A DNA stretch of 64,000 bases from a virus: IMG/VR virus record IMGVR_UViG_3300005842_000485, positions 26,566-90,565 of that record. One strand, given 5' to 3'. Position 1 is the first letter of the stretch. Every line of letters begins with the position of its first letter. A program made the translations under genes and the position numbers. Positions 46,101 to 54,947 of this stretch are shown here, piece by piece. The notes beneath the pieces were generated by a model, which was given only the letters and a program-made list of their open reading frames with translations, searched no databases and had not been told where the DNA came from.

Positions 46101-47408
46101 CTATATGGCTTGCTTTGAATCGAGGAGTTGCGACAGCGGGGACTCGCCGAGGAACTTCGCGTCGCGGCCGTAGAACAGCACGCGGTCATCAACGAAGAAC
46201 ACGAGGACGCCGAGCTTGGCGAAGTCGGCGTACCAGTGCGCGACTTCGATTCCAGCGACCTTTGCGATTTCGAGGTAGAACAAGCAGTCGGTCTGCCAGT
46301 CGTACTGGTAACAGAGTTCGCTCCGGAGTTTGCTCCGGAGTTTGCTCCAGAGTTTGCTCCGGAGTTTGCTCCGGAGTTTGCTCCAGAGTTTGCTCCGGAG
46401 TTTGCTCCAGAGTTCGCTCCCGAGTTCGCTCCCGAGTTCGCTCCGGAGTTCGCTCCGGAGTTCGCTCCGGAGTTTGCTCCGGAGTTTGCTCCAGAGTTCG
46501 CTCCCGAGTTTGCTCCCGAGTTCGCTCCCGAGTTTGCTCCCGAGTTCGCTGGCCGTGGGTAGATCGGTCGCGTGAACGATCAGCCGATGGTCGGCCTTAT
46601 AGGAATCGGTGCTTGCGAGCAGTTGCTTGCCGCGCGGCCCCCACGCGACAGAGACGGGAAGCTCGGCAACGGTGCGGAGCCGTGAGACGCGCACCTTATC
46701 GTCGCCCATGCCGCAGCGGTCTTCTTGTTCGTAGGTGCAAAAGAACACGCGATCGGGAACGTTGTAGTTCCCGGCGCCGGCGAGGGTGTGTCCGAGGTGG
46801 AGACCAGTGCCACACTCGCTGCCATCCTTCTCCGCGGCCGGCTCCTGCGTGACCTTCCCGACACGGTACAGGGCATGTTTGCCGGTGTCGCGGGAAGTGG
46901 CGAAGCTCTGTCCCTTGGCGTCGGTGTACTTGAAGCCGTACCTGATGCCCTGCCATTCGCAAAGCGCGACAAGGAGCAGCCATACGAAGTCGTCTTCATC
47001 GAGGCCGCCGATACCAGTCCCAAGTCCAGAAAGGAGGAGCGTTTCGCCGGGGTTGATGCTCTTGAGCGCGAAGGCGAGCGCGCCCGCAACGAGCGGGCGC
47101 GAGGAGCGCAGCGATGCATCAACGGTGACGGTAAAGATGATGTCGTCGATACGCTGATTACCGGCTTCCCGGTCAATCCGCGCACATACATCCGGATAGC
47201 GATGGGCGATCTGTGCGTCGAGGCCGCCGCCCATGGTGAAATTGGGGTTGGACGCAGAAGCAATGACGCCTTCGAAGGAGAAGATGTCCCCGGTTTTCGT
47301 CTCAACCGGGACATCGAGAGGAAGGTATTTGAGCGCCTTGGAAACCTTGGCGATGAGAGATCGGTTGCGATCAATGACGAGAATACGGGGTTGTTTGTTC
47401 CGGGGCAC
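46101..47408 (-). CDS. Macrodomain + phage domain + tetrapeptide-repeat protein
   Basis: GDIF...IASASNPNFTMGGGLDAQI...GLGTGIGGL (macro); GFKYTD...YRVG...ECGTGLH; 20x S(E/K)L(G/R/W/C). Confidence 0.8.
   Translation of the reverse strand: MPRNKQPRILVIDRNRSLIAKVSKALKYLPLDVPVETKTGDIFSFEGVIASASNPNFTMGGGLDAQIAHRYPDVCARIDREAGNQRIDDIIFTVTVDASLRSSRPLVAGALAFALKSINPGETLLLSGLGTGIGGLDEDDFVWLLLVALCEWQGIRYGFKYTDAKGQSFATSRDTGKHALYRVGKVTQEPAAEKDGSECGTGLHLGHTLAGAGNYNVPDRVFFCTYEQEDRCGMGDDKVRVSRLRTVAELPVSVAWGPRGKQLLASTDSYKADHRLIVHATDLPTASELGSKLGSELGSKLGSELWSKLRSKLRSELRSELRSELGSELGSELWSKLRSKLWSKLRSKLRSKLWSKLRSKLRSELCYQYDWQTDCLFYLEIAKVAGIEVAHWYADFAKLGVLVFFVDDRVLFYGRDAKFLGESPLSQLLDSKQAI
46314..46550. repeat. 12-bp tandem repeat, ~20 units GAGTT(C/T)GCTCC(G/A/C)
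   Basis: Read directly; coding VNTR. Confidence 0.97.
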
Positions 47409-47567
47409 GAGTGTTGCGGTTAGGAGGTGACACCTTCACGATACCCCGGCTGCTGGACAGCGCAAGGTCAAGAGTCGCTTTTGTGGATAACTCGTGCATA
47501 GTTGACTTGTAGGCGCAGGCGACGCGGCGTACTGTAAGAGTGTCGTCACTTCCTACCAAACACCAAT
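47409..47567. promoter_or_regulatory. Divergent early promoter region P2 with tandem DnaA-like boxes
   Basis: + strand TGTGGATAA-ct-CGTGCATAG, TTGTAG-N17-TACTGT, leader TCACTTCCT; - strand TATCGT and leader TCACCTCCT. Confidence 0.65.
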
Positions 47568-47855
47568 ATGTACGATTGCGAAGCCGGATGCGGCCATGTT
47601 GAATGGATCGTCACGCTCGCGTCCTGCAAGGTCTTCTTCCTCTGCGGCGAGAAGGCGCTGCGGATGCTGACGCTCGCTGGCGAGGTCGGTTGTTCCTCGC
47701 ATATCGCGAGTCTGCGCGGTGCGGCGATGGAGCTTGCTAGCCACTACTGCGCTGAAGTCGGCATTGATGAACGCTCGGATCTTCCGCGCGACATCGAAGA
47801 CGAAAAAGTGCGGGAGTTCACAAGGCTCCATTGGCGCAACCGCGCGGCCGAGTAG
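47568..47855 (+). CDS. Phage hypothetical protein
   Basis: Directly downstream of P2 with a C/A-rich SD-less leader. Confidence 0.55.
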   Translation: MYDCEAGCGHVEWIVTLASCKVFFLCGEKALRMLTLAGEVGCSSHIASLRGAAMELASHYCAEVGIDERSDLPRDIEDEKVREFTRLHWRNRAAE

Positions 47856-48160
47856 CGCTTACGCAGCATGTTCCTTCTGCGGCCTCGAGGCTTGGGGAAA
47901 AGTACAAAGGCATGGGAGATGCGTCGGGCGCGATCCCAGGTTGTGAATGAACGCTTGATGCGACGGAGCGTCTGGCGGCCGGCGGTCAGCTCATCTTTGA
48001 TGTGGTCGAGCAAGACGACGAAGCAATCACCGAGAATCCGGAGGTCGTGAAGGACGCCGAGACCGAGGGTCAAGATGAAGAAGAGCGCGAGGATGGCTGC
48101 GGGCAGAGGATGAGCGAACGCGTGTTCAATGAGTTTGGTAAGCCATGGATGTTCGCGCAT
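47744..48160 (-). CDS. Small membrane protein, paralog family member 4
   Basis: HP...LGVLHDL...IKDEL...FTTW aligns with 3710-3991; SD GGAGGACGGAG; longer C-tail. Confidence 0.7.
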   Translation of the reverse strand: MREHPWLTKLIEHAFAHPLPAAILALFFILTLGLGVLHDLRILGDCFVVLLDHIKDELTAGRQTLRRIKRSFTTWDRARRISHAFVLFPKPRGRRRNMLRKRYSAARLRQWSLVNSRTFSSSMSRGRSERSSMPTSAQ

Positions 48161-48360
48161 GCGCTCCGTCCTCCGTTTGAGAACCTAACGAGTTGAGCGA
48201 GGCTGCGGACATCCCAAGGGCAACAACGACGAGGAGAGGGAACCCTAGGCGAACATGCGTTGCAAGCGGAGGTCGCCTGGAACTCGAAACCAAGCGGCCC
48301 GTTCCTGCAAACTTGGATGAAGAATACCACGAGAGGTATGGCTGCGCCGCATGATCGACC
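48161..48360 (-). ncRNA. Non-coding leader with anti-SD segment (copy 4)
   Basis: CTCTCCTCGTCGTT can pair with AACGGAGGACGGAG; ATGTTCGC can pair with GCGAACAT in the first codons. Confidence 0.45.
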
Positions 48361-48717
48361 CTACTCGCGGCTGGCAGGGCCCGCGTTGAGGAGCAAGAGG
48401 AAGCAGGAAAACGCAAGCAACGCAGCGGCGGCCTTCGGGCTTTCGAATGCCAGCGCTGTGAGTCCTGTGAGGTATGCGATGAGTAGTACTGCGTCACGGA
48501 TGGCAGCGCGGCGCGTCGGTATGATCGTCACGTTCTCGAAGTAGAGACCATCCAGCCCTTCGTCGAACAGCGTGAGGAGTCCGCGAGCTTCGGCATGTGA
48601 ACGCTGCATCCCTTTCGGCTCGGTAGCGGAGCGGGCATTACTGACGACCGTCACCGCTTCGTCTTTGGTGAGATACATGGTCGTGCCGTCTGGATATGTA
48701 GCGATATAGGGCTTCAT
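48361..48717 (-). CDS. Phage membrane protein
   Basis: MKPYIATYPDG start; C-terminal TM segments. Confidence 0.55.
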   Translation of the reverse strand: MKPYIATYPDGTTMYLTKDEAVTVVSNARSATEPKGMQRSHAEARGLLTLFDEGLDGLYFENVTIIPTRRAAIRDAVLLIAYLTGLTALAFESPKAAAALLAFSCFLLLLNAGPASRE

Positions 48718-48727
48718 GCGGAGGGTG

Positions 48728-49096
48728 CTAAAAGAGGGGAACTTGTATGGCGCTAGGTTTCGCCGGAGGAGTATGGGTTCCACGGATGCGGGCCGCGACT
48801 TCTGACCAGGGAATCACACCCTCTCGATCCTCGTAGCGAAGCCAAAGCCCCTTCGTTGATCCCTCGAAGATAGCGCGCTCGCGTGTGCCTCCCCACCAGC
48901 GGCAGCGGCCTCTCGCAAGGGCGATAGCGTCTGCGTCTGTTGCTGCCGCGCGGATCGCCCGTTCGATGCTGCGATGCTCGATGTTTGATGCGGCTAGTTC
49001 CACGGCCCACAGAATGTCCTCTTCGGTGAGTGGGCCACGTGACGGGCCATCAAGCAGGCGGTCACCATCGGCGTCGTCAGGCGTGTCCAGCGACAT
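48728..49096 (-). CDS. Phage hypothetical protein
   Basis: KGL......REGVIPWSEVAARI...Q.PLF. Confidence 0.55.
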   Translation of the reverse strand: MSLDTPDDADGDRLLDGPSRGPLTEEDILWAVELAASNIEHRSIERAIRAAATDADAIALARGRCRWWGGTRERAIFEGSTKGLWLRYEDREGVIPWSEVAARIRGTHTPPAKPSAIQVPLF

Positions 49097-49367
49097 GCAT
49101 GTGTGGCGTGATGGATCGAGCGAGCGTCTCTTGCGCGTCGAGGGAGAGACCGGCGTCCTTCCATCCCTGCTTTCGGCCTTGGGTGAAAGCGTCGCCCTCA
49201 AGGGCCAAGCATTCCAACAGAACGAGTTTTAGGCGTGCGACAAGGAGTGCAGCACCGTGGCCTCGCGGGGCTTGCGAAGACGCTTGCAGGTAGGCGTGCG
49301 CCTCACCTACCACGCCACGTGCATTGGCGAGCGCGTCGTCGCGGGTGCGAGTGTTGAAAGTCCGCAT
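49077..49367 (-). CDS. Phage hypothetical protein
   Basis: In operon with SD-less leader. Confidence 0.5.
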   Translation of the reverse strand: MRTFNTRTRDDALANARGVVGEAHAYLQASSQAPRGHGAALLVARLKLVLLECLALEGDAFTQGRKQGWKDAGLSLDAQETLARSITPHMHVAGHA

Positions 49368-49381
49368 GGATATGCGAGGCG

Positions 49382-49597
49382 TTATAGGAGACGTGGAGAG
49401 CGGAGAATCTGAATCTCACGGCGCTGCTGCGCGATGCGCGCGAGAAGTCTGTACGTGAGGAGAGTCGGCGGAGGCGCGGGCATTGACAGGTCATGCGAGA
49501 CCTGTGCTTTCCAGTCGGCCTCGTTGCCGAACGTGGCCTTGATATATTCGTCAGACAACGGCGTTAGAAACTCCGCCGCGTTGTCGAGGTTAGCCAC
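49382..49597 (-). CDS. Phage hypothetical protein
   Basis: In operon. Confidence 0.5.
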   Translation of the reverse strand: MANLDNAAEFLTPLSDEYIKATFGNEADWKAQVSHDLSMPAPPPTLLTYRLLARIAQQRREIQILRSPRLL

Positions 49598-49609
49598 GTG
49601 TGCTGGTGG

Positions 49610-49888
49610 TTAGCTATTGGAGAGACTAGCTGGTACGGACAAGTAATACTCCTTCGGCGCGGCCACCCAGCCGATAGGCAACTCTGTAAGGCGCAGGGTT
49701 GCAACTTGCCGTTGGAGACGTGTCACCTGTTCCTCAAGCGCCTCGATGTACGAGCTGTTGTCAGCCTGCGCGATCATCCAGCCGATTTCTCCGGTACGCG
49801 CACGGTTGGCAGACGTCCTCGTATTGTCGCGGCACTCTGCGATGCGCTTCACCAAGCCTTCGTCTGTTAGGGAGGCGATGAACTTCAT
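49610..49888 (-). CDS. Phage hypothetical protein
   Basis: In operon; coiled coil. Confidence 0.55.
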   Translation of the reverse strand: MKFIASLTDEGLVKRIAECRDNTRTSANRARTGEIGWMIAQADNSSYIEALEEQVTRLQRQVATLRLTELPIGWVAAPKEYYLSVPASLSNS

Positions 49889-49899
49889 GTTCTTTGTGG

Positions 49900-50088
49900 T
49901 TAGGTATTCGAGGACGCGAGCTTCTTCTGCTGATGCACGGCCTTGCGGTTCTCCTCACACTTCGGGCAGTTGATCCCTGTGGTATCGCCCGGCTCCGCCA
50001 GGAAGGTGTGTCCTTGCGGGCACTCCATCTGAGCGTAGATGCGAATGGTGGCGCGAGTGGTGATGACTTCGAGGGTGGGTTGCGGCAC
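49900..50088 (-). CDS. Small zinc-ribbon protein, first gene after P3
   Basis: CPQGH...CPKC; GTG at 50088. Confidence 0.55.
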   Translation of the reverse strand: MPQPTLEVITTRATIRIYAQMECPQGHTFLAEPGDTTGINCPKCEENRKAVHQQKKLASSNT

Positions 50089-50170
50089 GTGAGGCGTGGG
50101 TGAAGAACAACCTAACAATACGCCTTCCAGCGGGTACTACAAGACCACATATCCACGAGTTATGAACATT
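50089..50170 (-). promoter_or_regulatory. Early promoter cassette P3
   Basis: TGTTCATAA-ct-CGTGGATAT, TTGTAG-N16-TATTGT, TAGGTTGTTCTTCACC (near-identical to the P1 leader). Confidence 0.65.
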
Positions 50171-50188
50171 CTGATGGTGTCGAGACAC

Positions 50189-50491
50189 TCACCCGTTCGG
50201 GGCCTCCGGGGTCGTTCGTGGCTTCTCTTGCGGTGCATGCAAGGCCGCGTGGAGATCGGAAGGCCATTTGTGGAGTTCCTCAAGGACGGCCCGCAGGTGT
50301 TTGAGCATATGTACGGTGCACCGGCGCGCGAACTTCAGCACGGCACACAAAAGAACGAAGAAGAGTGCGAGCGCGTGCATCTCGGCGCAGTACCCAGCGA
50401 CGATGAGGAAGGTTGCCGCTCCCGCGTACTCAAGGGCATGAGCGACCGCTGTAAGGAAGGTAATGGTGGTGTCGATCTGCGCCGTGTCCAT
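50189..50491 (-). CDS. Small membrane protein, paralog family member 2
   Basis: H.LE.AGA..FL.VA.YC...LKFAR...EEL..W; RBS TTGGAGCGGAGCT-ATG. Confidence 0.75.
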   Translation of the reverse strand: MDTAQIDTTITFLTAVAHALEYAGAATFLIVAGYCAEMHALALFFVLLCAVLKFARRCTVHMLKHLRAVLEELHKWPSDLHAALHAPQEKPRTTPEAPNG

Positions 50492-50811
50492 AGCTCCGCT
50501 CCAAAGACCGGCACGGATAAGAGACCCGTCCGGAAGTTGGTGGGTACGAGCGGATCAAGATGGAATCGGCGAACCGATCGCCCTTAGCTGGCGCCTTCCT
50601 GCCCCCGAGAGAGCTGCGCCGCCCCCGAGGGGGTTGCCAGTAGCCATGCATCTCGCGGCATCCCACCGTAGCAGTAGCCGCACGATCCGAGACGATGATG
50701 GTTGGTTTCCGGCGTACCAGAGCACAACCGTCGTCTCGGTCAGTCGCAACCCACTACACGCGACCGACCTGCAAATCGGAATGGGCAATGGCGAGTGTTT
50801 ATTCCGAACGG
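50492..50811 (-). ncRNA. Structured leader RNA (copy 2)
   Basis: TCCGCTC (50548-50554) pairs with the RBS (50495-50501); long hairpins such as CCGAGACGATG...CGTCGTCTCGG. Confidence 0.6.
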
Positions 50812-51048
50812 TCAGGGACGCCATGCTCGCAGTTCCTCGGTGAGTCCGGCCACGGCTTGCGCGGCATGGTGGGTGCGCTCTCGGGCGAAGCGGAGCGCGT
50901 GGGTTGCGACCGTGGCGGTGAATGCAACAGCTTCTGTCAGGCCGCAGTAGATCGCGACGAGCAGGAAGAGCGTGGCTCCCGCGCGTTCGATGAGATGGAC
51001 AGCACTCCGAAGGAGGTTGAACGGGTGCGTCCGCGTCGGTTCTGCCAT
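50812..51048 (-). CDS. Small membrane protein, paralog family member 3
   Basis: H.IERAGATLFLLVAIYC...LRFAR...EELRAW; RBS TTGGAGCGGATC-ATG. Confidence 0.75.
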   Translation of the reverse strand: MAEPTRTHPFNLLRSAVHLIERAGATLFLLVAIYCGLTEAVAFTATVATHALRFARERTHHAAQAVAGLTEELRAWRP

Positions 51049-51400
51049 GATCCGCTCCAATGTCCTACCGAGCCGAAGACTCGGAGATGAATTGGCGAGT
51101 GATGAGCAGACCAGGGGTTCTACTTACATGAACAGGCCCGTAAGCCGCGGGTCAGACGCCTGTGACGCGGGCTCGCTAACGGAGGGGCGTCGCGCTGGAT
51201 GTTCCCGTCGGGCGGGTGGCGTGTTCAATGAGCTACCTGTTGCGTCGTGGGTCGCTGGCTGCCTGACCTCCGACGCGTCCTAGCGACTCCCTTTTCTCAT
51301 CAAGACGATTGAGTGTCGGTCGCTACTGTCGGCCACTCGCAGCCGACCCATGCCATATTTGGCAGCTAAGAAAAGAATACTGCAAAAGTCAGGCAAGGTG
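51049..51400 (-). ncRNA. Structured leader RNA (copy 3)
   Basis: GGTCTGCTC (51104-51112) pairs with GAGCGGATC via G-U wobbles; inner CCGAGTC-TTCG-GCTCGG hairpin; more hairpins upstream. Confidence 0.6.
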
Positions 51401-51417
51401 AACCGCCGTTCGGGACA

Positions 51418-51456
51418 GAACAAAGAGGGGCGAAGGCCGGAAAGCCAACGCCCCTC
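51418..51456 (-). terminator. Intrinsic terminator after the DarB-like gene
   Basis: GAGGGGCGTTGGC-TTTCCG-GCCTTCGCCCCTC followed by TTTGTTC. Confidence 0.7.
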
Positions 51457-51467
51457 AACAGGAACGG

Positions 51468-54400
51468 TTAGAACAATGAGATTTGTGCTGCGGCCGTGAT
51501 CGGAACCGGGATGATGGCCGGCTCGGGATCGACGACTAGGGCAACCGGGAGAACGGACCCGGGAACGTAGACGGCGCGGGGCTTCTTCGTGATGCGCCTT
51601 GCGACTTCGAGTTGGGCGGCGTTCGTCGCGCGTTCCAAGATGTCTGCGACGGTGGCGTACCGCGCCGTGCCGTCGATGGCTTCTCGGAGCGCTTGGAACT
51701 TCGCGCCGCATAGGTTATGCATGTCCTCATCAATCGTGCCGCCCGAGAGCAGGATGTACTCGTAGCACTCCTTTACCTGGCCGGGGCGGTGGATGCGACC
51801 GCAGACCTGTTTGAGAATCTCCGGCGACCACTCGAGCGCGAGCACGATGATGTGGTTCGCGCCGATGATGTCCAGCCCGCGCGCGATGGCTCCCATGCTC
51901 GCGAGGAGCACCGGAGTCTCGTCGCGGTTGAACTCCTTAATCAGCTCGTGGCGCTTCTTCATGGACACGCCAGCGGTAACCTGCGTAAAGCCGATGCGCT
52001 CACGTTTGAGGCGAATACCCACCGCTGCGAGGAGTGGTCGAAGGGGCGAGGTGACGATCACCTTGTCGCCGCGAGATCGGATGTCGCGGATGAGCCGCAA
52101 CGTCTCCTCGATCTTTGCGGTTGTCGCGCCGCTCGGCAACGCGATCTGCGGACATTCGGGATGGTCGCGGACAAGATGTTCTCGCGCCGTGGGATCGGAA
52201 GCAGCGAAACGGAGTGACCACAAGCACTGTGAGATCACGCCCATGTTCACGTCTTCGTTCTGATGCTGCGCGAGCTCGCGGTTGATGCGATCCGTTGACC
52301 ATGATTCGTAGGCGGCGTAAAGCTGCGCCTGATCCGAGAACATCCCACAGCGAGCGATCTGGGGCGGGTGCTTCGTCGGGAGCGTTGCCATCTCGCCGTC
52401 CACGCGCCGAACCATGAATGGCGCCATCATCCGAGAGAAGAGGTTGAGGCTTGAGACTTCGGGGAGCATCAATGCCTTGCCGACGTGCAAGGTTTCCTCG
52501 TACTCGCGCGTGACGAACTTGAACGTGGCGTAGCAATCGAGAAAGCGTTTTGATCCTCCTTTGTAGCTGTACGGGAACAGCGGGTTATCCCAACCGAGCA
52601 GCCAGGAGATCGTCCAGAACACGTCGGTGACGTAACCCTTGAACAACGTGGCTGATAGGACGTACCGACCCTTGGACTTGAACGAGCGGAGGGCTTGTCC
52701 TCGCAGCGAGAGTTTGGACTTGGCGACTTGCGCCTCGTCCGCGATGACGCACGAGAAGAGCTTGGACAAGGATTTGTAGGCCGGCCGCTGGCGGCGTGCG
52801 CCGTCGTAGCTGTAGGCCACAAAGCCGCAGGCGTGGCAGACGTGGCCCGTCCACTGTTCCGCGTCTTCGCACTTTGGACAGGAACGGACAGCGACTTCAT
52901 ATTCGGTGCCGCACTCGCAGGTTTCGGATGTGATGCCCGTCGCTTCGTGACGTACGGCACCGTCTTTATCGAACTTCACGCAGTCCCACGGCTCGAACGT
53001 CTTGCTGCCATCGAGCGCGAGGAACTCATAGCTGGTGATCCAGAACCCCGTTGGCTTCGAGCCGGAGCGAATCTGCTCACGCAGGTCTGAAACGGCACGG
53101 TGTGTGTCGAGCCGATGCCCGACCACGCCGAATTGCTGACAGGCTTCGAGCCACTTTTCCACGAGACGTGACTCGCAGATGACGAGGGTGCGTTGGTACT
53201 GCCGGGCTTTGGCGACGGCGGTAGAAACAGGTGTCTTGCCTCCCCCGACTTCCCAAGCGATGTAGGCGCGCGGTTTCGTGATGAGACGCGCGCCGTCTTC
53301 GTTCTGGTAGTCGAACAGATGCGGCGCTTGTCGCGAGAGCAGGTCGCGGTTGCGTTCTACTTCCTCGGCGAGCAAGTCATCTACGTCCTCGATGACGGGG
53401 AGCGCGAAGGCGCGCAGGAACAGCGAGACGGCGGTTTCATCGACTTCCGCGACATCGAGCAGGCCCGCGTCCGTTTCCACCTGCAGGAGAAGGTAGCCGC
53501 GGTCGATCTGGGTAATCACCCGCTCGTCACGGTCTTTCGATTCGTTCCGTACCGTCTCCTCCGCAGCGGTCTCGCGTTTGCGAATCCACGTCGGGTGAAT
53601 GCGATACGAGACGCCTTCGCGCCAGAGCACGGATGCTTCGGCGCCCGGCATCAGGGCAACGCCGGTGTCGGTGGCGCGCACACCCATGGAGACATCCGCG
53701 ATTGCGGGGTACGGCTTGTCGTCGAAGTAGCCGATGAGCTGATGCGGCTTCGGGCGGTAGAGCGGGATCGAGAGACGCGTGTAGCGTTTCTGTTGCCGCG
53801 CGATCTTCTCCTTCGCTCGTTCCGTGATGGCCGGTTCAAACCCGAGATTCGAGAGTGCCGCGAGCGCTTCATCCGCTCCGCGCTTGATGAGCGCGGGTGG
53901 TGAACAATACGCATCGATAACTCCGACCCGGACGCCTTGCACGGGTGAATACACCTGCACGGTGGCGTTCAGGAAGTCGAGCATCGCCTTAGCCGAGAGG
54001 TCAGCGGTGATGCCCTTCTCGGACAGCGTGACGGCGTTCGTCTGCGGCAGTCTGACCAAGAGATTCACTTGCGGCAGATCGAGCGCGGTGACGAGCGGAA
54101 CACCGTAGTCCGGCATCGCGTCACTGATGACGACCCCCAAGCGGTCAGAGAAGTTGTGTGTGAGCGCGTCCAGCGCGTGAAGCGTCGGCTCGCGGCTCTC
54201 CCGCCCGTACTCGCGGTGTCCCGCTTTCGTGGCGACGACGAGATCGACGGAGACGTCGATGCCGTATTCCTCGGTAAACGCGTGGGCGACCGTGATGCGC
54301 GCGCGGAGGTCGAACTGCTTATAGAGCGTGGTCCGCAGCGCGGCATCTTTCCCGTTCTCGAACGTCGAGGACGGGATGATGGCAACGAGCAGACCGTTCT

Positions 54401-54947
54401 GCGTGAGCGCACGCGCGCAGAGTTCGAGCGTGAACGCTTGAGACTCCACGGAGCCGTGCTGGTTCACTGTCTCCCAGCCTTCGGTGGTGGGGACGTTCCA
54501 CCAGATGCCAAAGGGCGGATTCGTGACGATGACGTTCGCCCCCTCGTCGTACGGCAGACCCTTGAGGATCTTCCGGTACAAGAGGAGATCGCCGACGCGG
54601 ACGTTCTTCGAGAGTAGGTTGCGTTTCGCAACCGCCGCCGAGTCTTCGTCCATCTCGACGCCGAGCACCTGCGCGCCGGACGCGCGGAACGGCAAGAGCA
54701 GGCGGCCGGAGCCACACGTCGGGTCGAAGACGACGAGATCGGCGGGTGTCGTCACTGTCGCGCGGCCGTTGCCGTTGTAGCCGCGATGCGGCTGCGTGAC
54801 ATGCCCGAGCACCGCGTCCGCGATGACCTGGCAGATCGTGGTGCTCGTGTAATAGCTCGCGTGACTGCTGGCGTTCCAGCGACGAAAGCCGAGGTTGTGA
54901 TTCGAGTCGCGTCCAGAGAACGCGAGATCAGGCGCAAGGTCTGTCAT
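51468..54947 (-). CDS. DarB-like N6 DNA methyltransferase + SNF2 helicase fusion with Zn-finger insert
   Basis: VFDPTCGSG, VTNPPFG; EVGGGKT, IADEAQ, LSAT, RGLDI, QVCGRIHRPGQ; CECG/CPKC/CHAC insert. Confidence 0.88.
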   Translation of the reverse strand: MTDLAPDLAFSGRDSNHNLGFRRWNASSHASYYTSTTICQVIADAVLGHVTQPHRGYNGNGRATVTTPADLVVFDPTCGSGRLLLPFRASGAQVLGVEMDEDSAAVAKRNLLSKNVRVGDLLLYRKILKGLPYDEGANVIVTNPPFGIWWNVPTTEGWETVNQHGSVESQAFTLELCARALTQNGLLVAIIPSSTFENGKDAALRTTLYKQFDLRARITVAHAFTEEYGIDVSVDLVVATKAGHREYGRESREPTLHALDALTHNFSDRLGVVISDAMPDYGVPLVTALDLPQVNLLVRLPQTNAVTLSEKGITADLSAKAMLDFLNATVQVYSPVQGVRVGVIDAYCSPPALIKRGADEALAALSNLGFEPAITERAKEKIARQQKRYTRLSIPLYRPKPHQLIGYFDDKPYPAIADVSMGVRATDTGVALMPGAEASVLWREGVSYRIHPTWIRKRETAAEETVRNESKDRDERVITQIDRGYLLLQVETDAGLLDVAEVDETAVSLFLRAFALPVIEDVDDLLAEEVERNRDLLSRQAPHLFDYQNEDGARLITKPRAYIAWEVGGGKTPVSTAVAKARQYQRTLVICESRLVEKWLEACQQFGVVGHRLDTHRAVSDLREQIRSGSKPTGFWITSYEFLALDGSKTFEPWDCVKFDKDGAVRHEATGITSETCECGTEYEVAVRSCPKCEDAEQWTGHVCHACGFVAYSYDGARRQRPAYKSLSKLFSCVIADEAQVAKSKLSLRGQALRSFKSKGRYVLSATLFKGYVTDVFWTISWLLGWDNPLFPYSYKGGSKRFLDCYATFKFVTREYEETLHVGKALMLPEVSSLNLFSRMMAPFMVRRVDGEMATLPTKHPPQIARCGMFSDQAQLYAAYESWSTDRINRELAQHQNEDVNMGVISQCLWSLRFAASDPTAREHLVRDHPECPQIALPSGATTAKIEETLRLIRDIRSRGDKVIVTSPLRPLLAAVGIRLKRERIGFTQVTAGVSMKKRHELIKEFNRDETPVLLASMGAIARGLDIIGANHIIVLALEWSPEILKQVCGRIHRPGQVKECYEYILLSGGTIDEDMHNLCGAKFQALREAIDGTARYATVADILERATNAAQLEVARRITKKPRAVYVPGSVLPVALVVDPEPAIIPVPITAAAQISLF

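Noticed and set aside
46314-46550. Tandem repeat as a possible CRISPR array
   Set aside because: Contiguous 12-bp units with no unique spacers, inside a CDS, and no cas genes.
46128-46562. + strand ORF encoding a perfect (APEF)n repeat, with all repeat variation synonymous in this frame
   Set aside because: It is the in-register antisense frame of the macrodomain gene: first-position changes there fall on third positions here. It has no RBS or promoter support, so it is most likely a shadow ORF.
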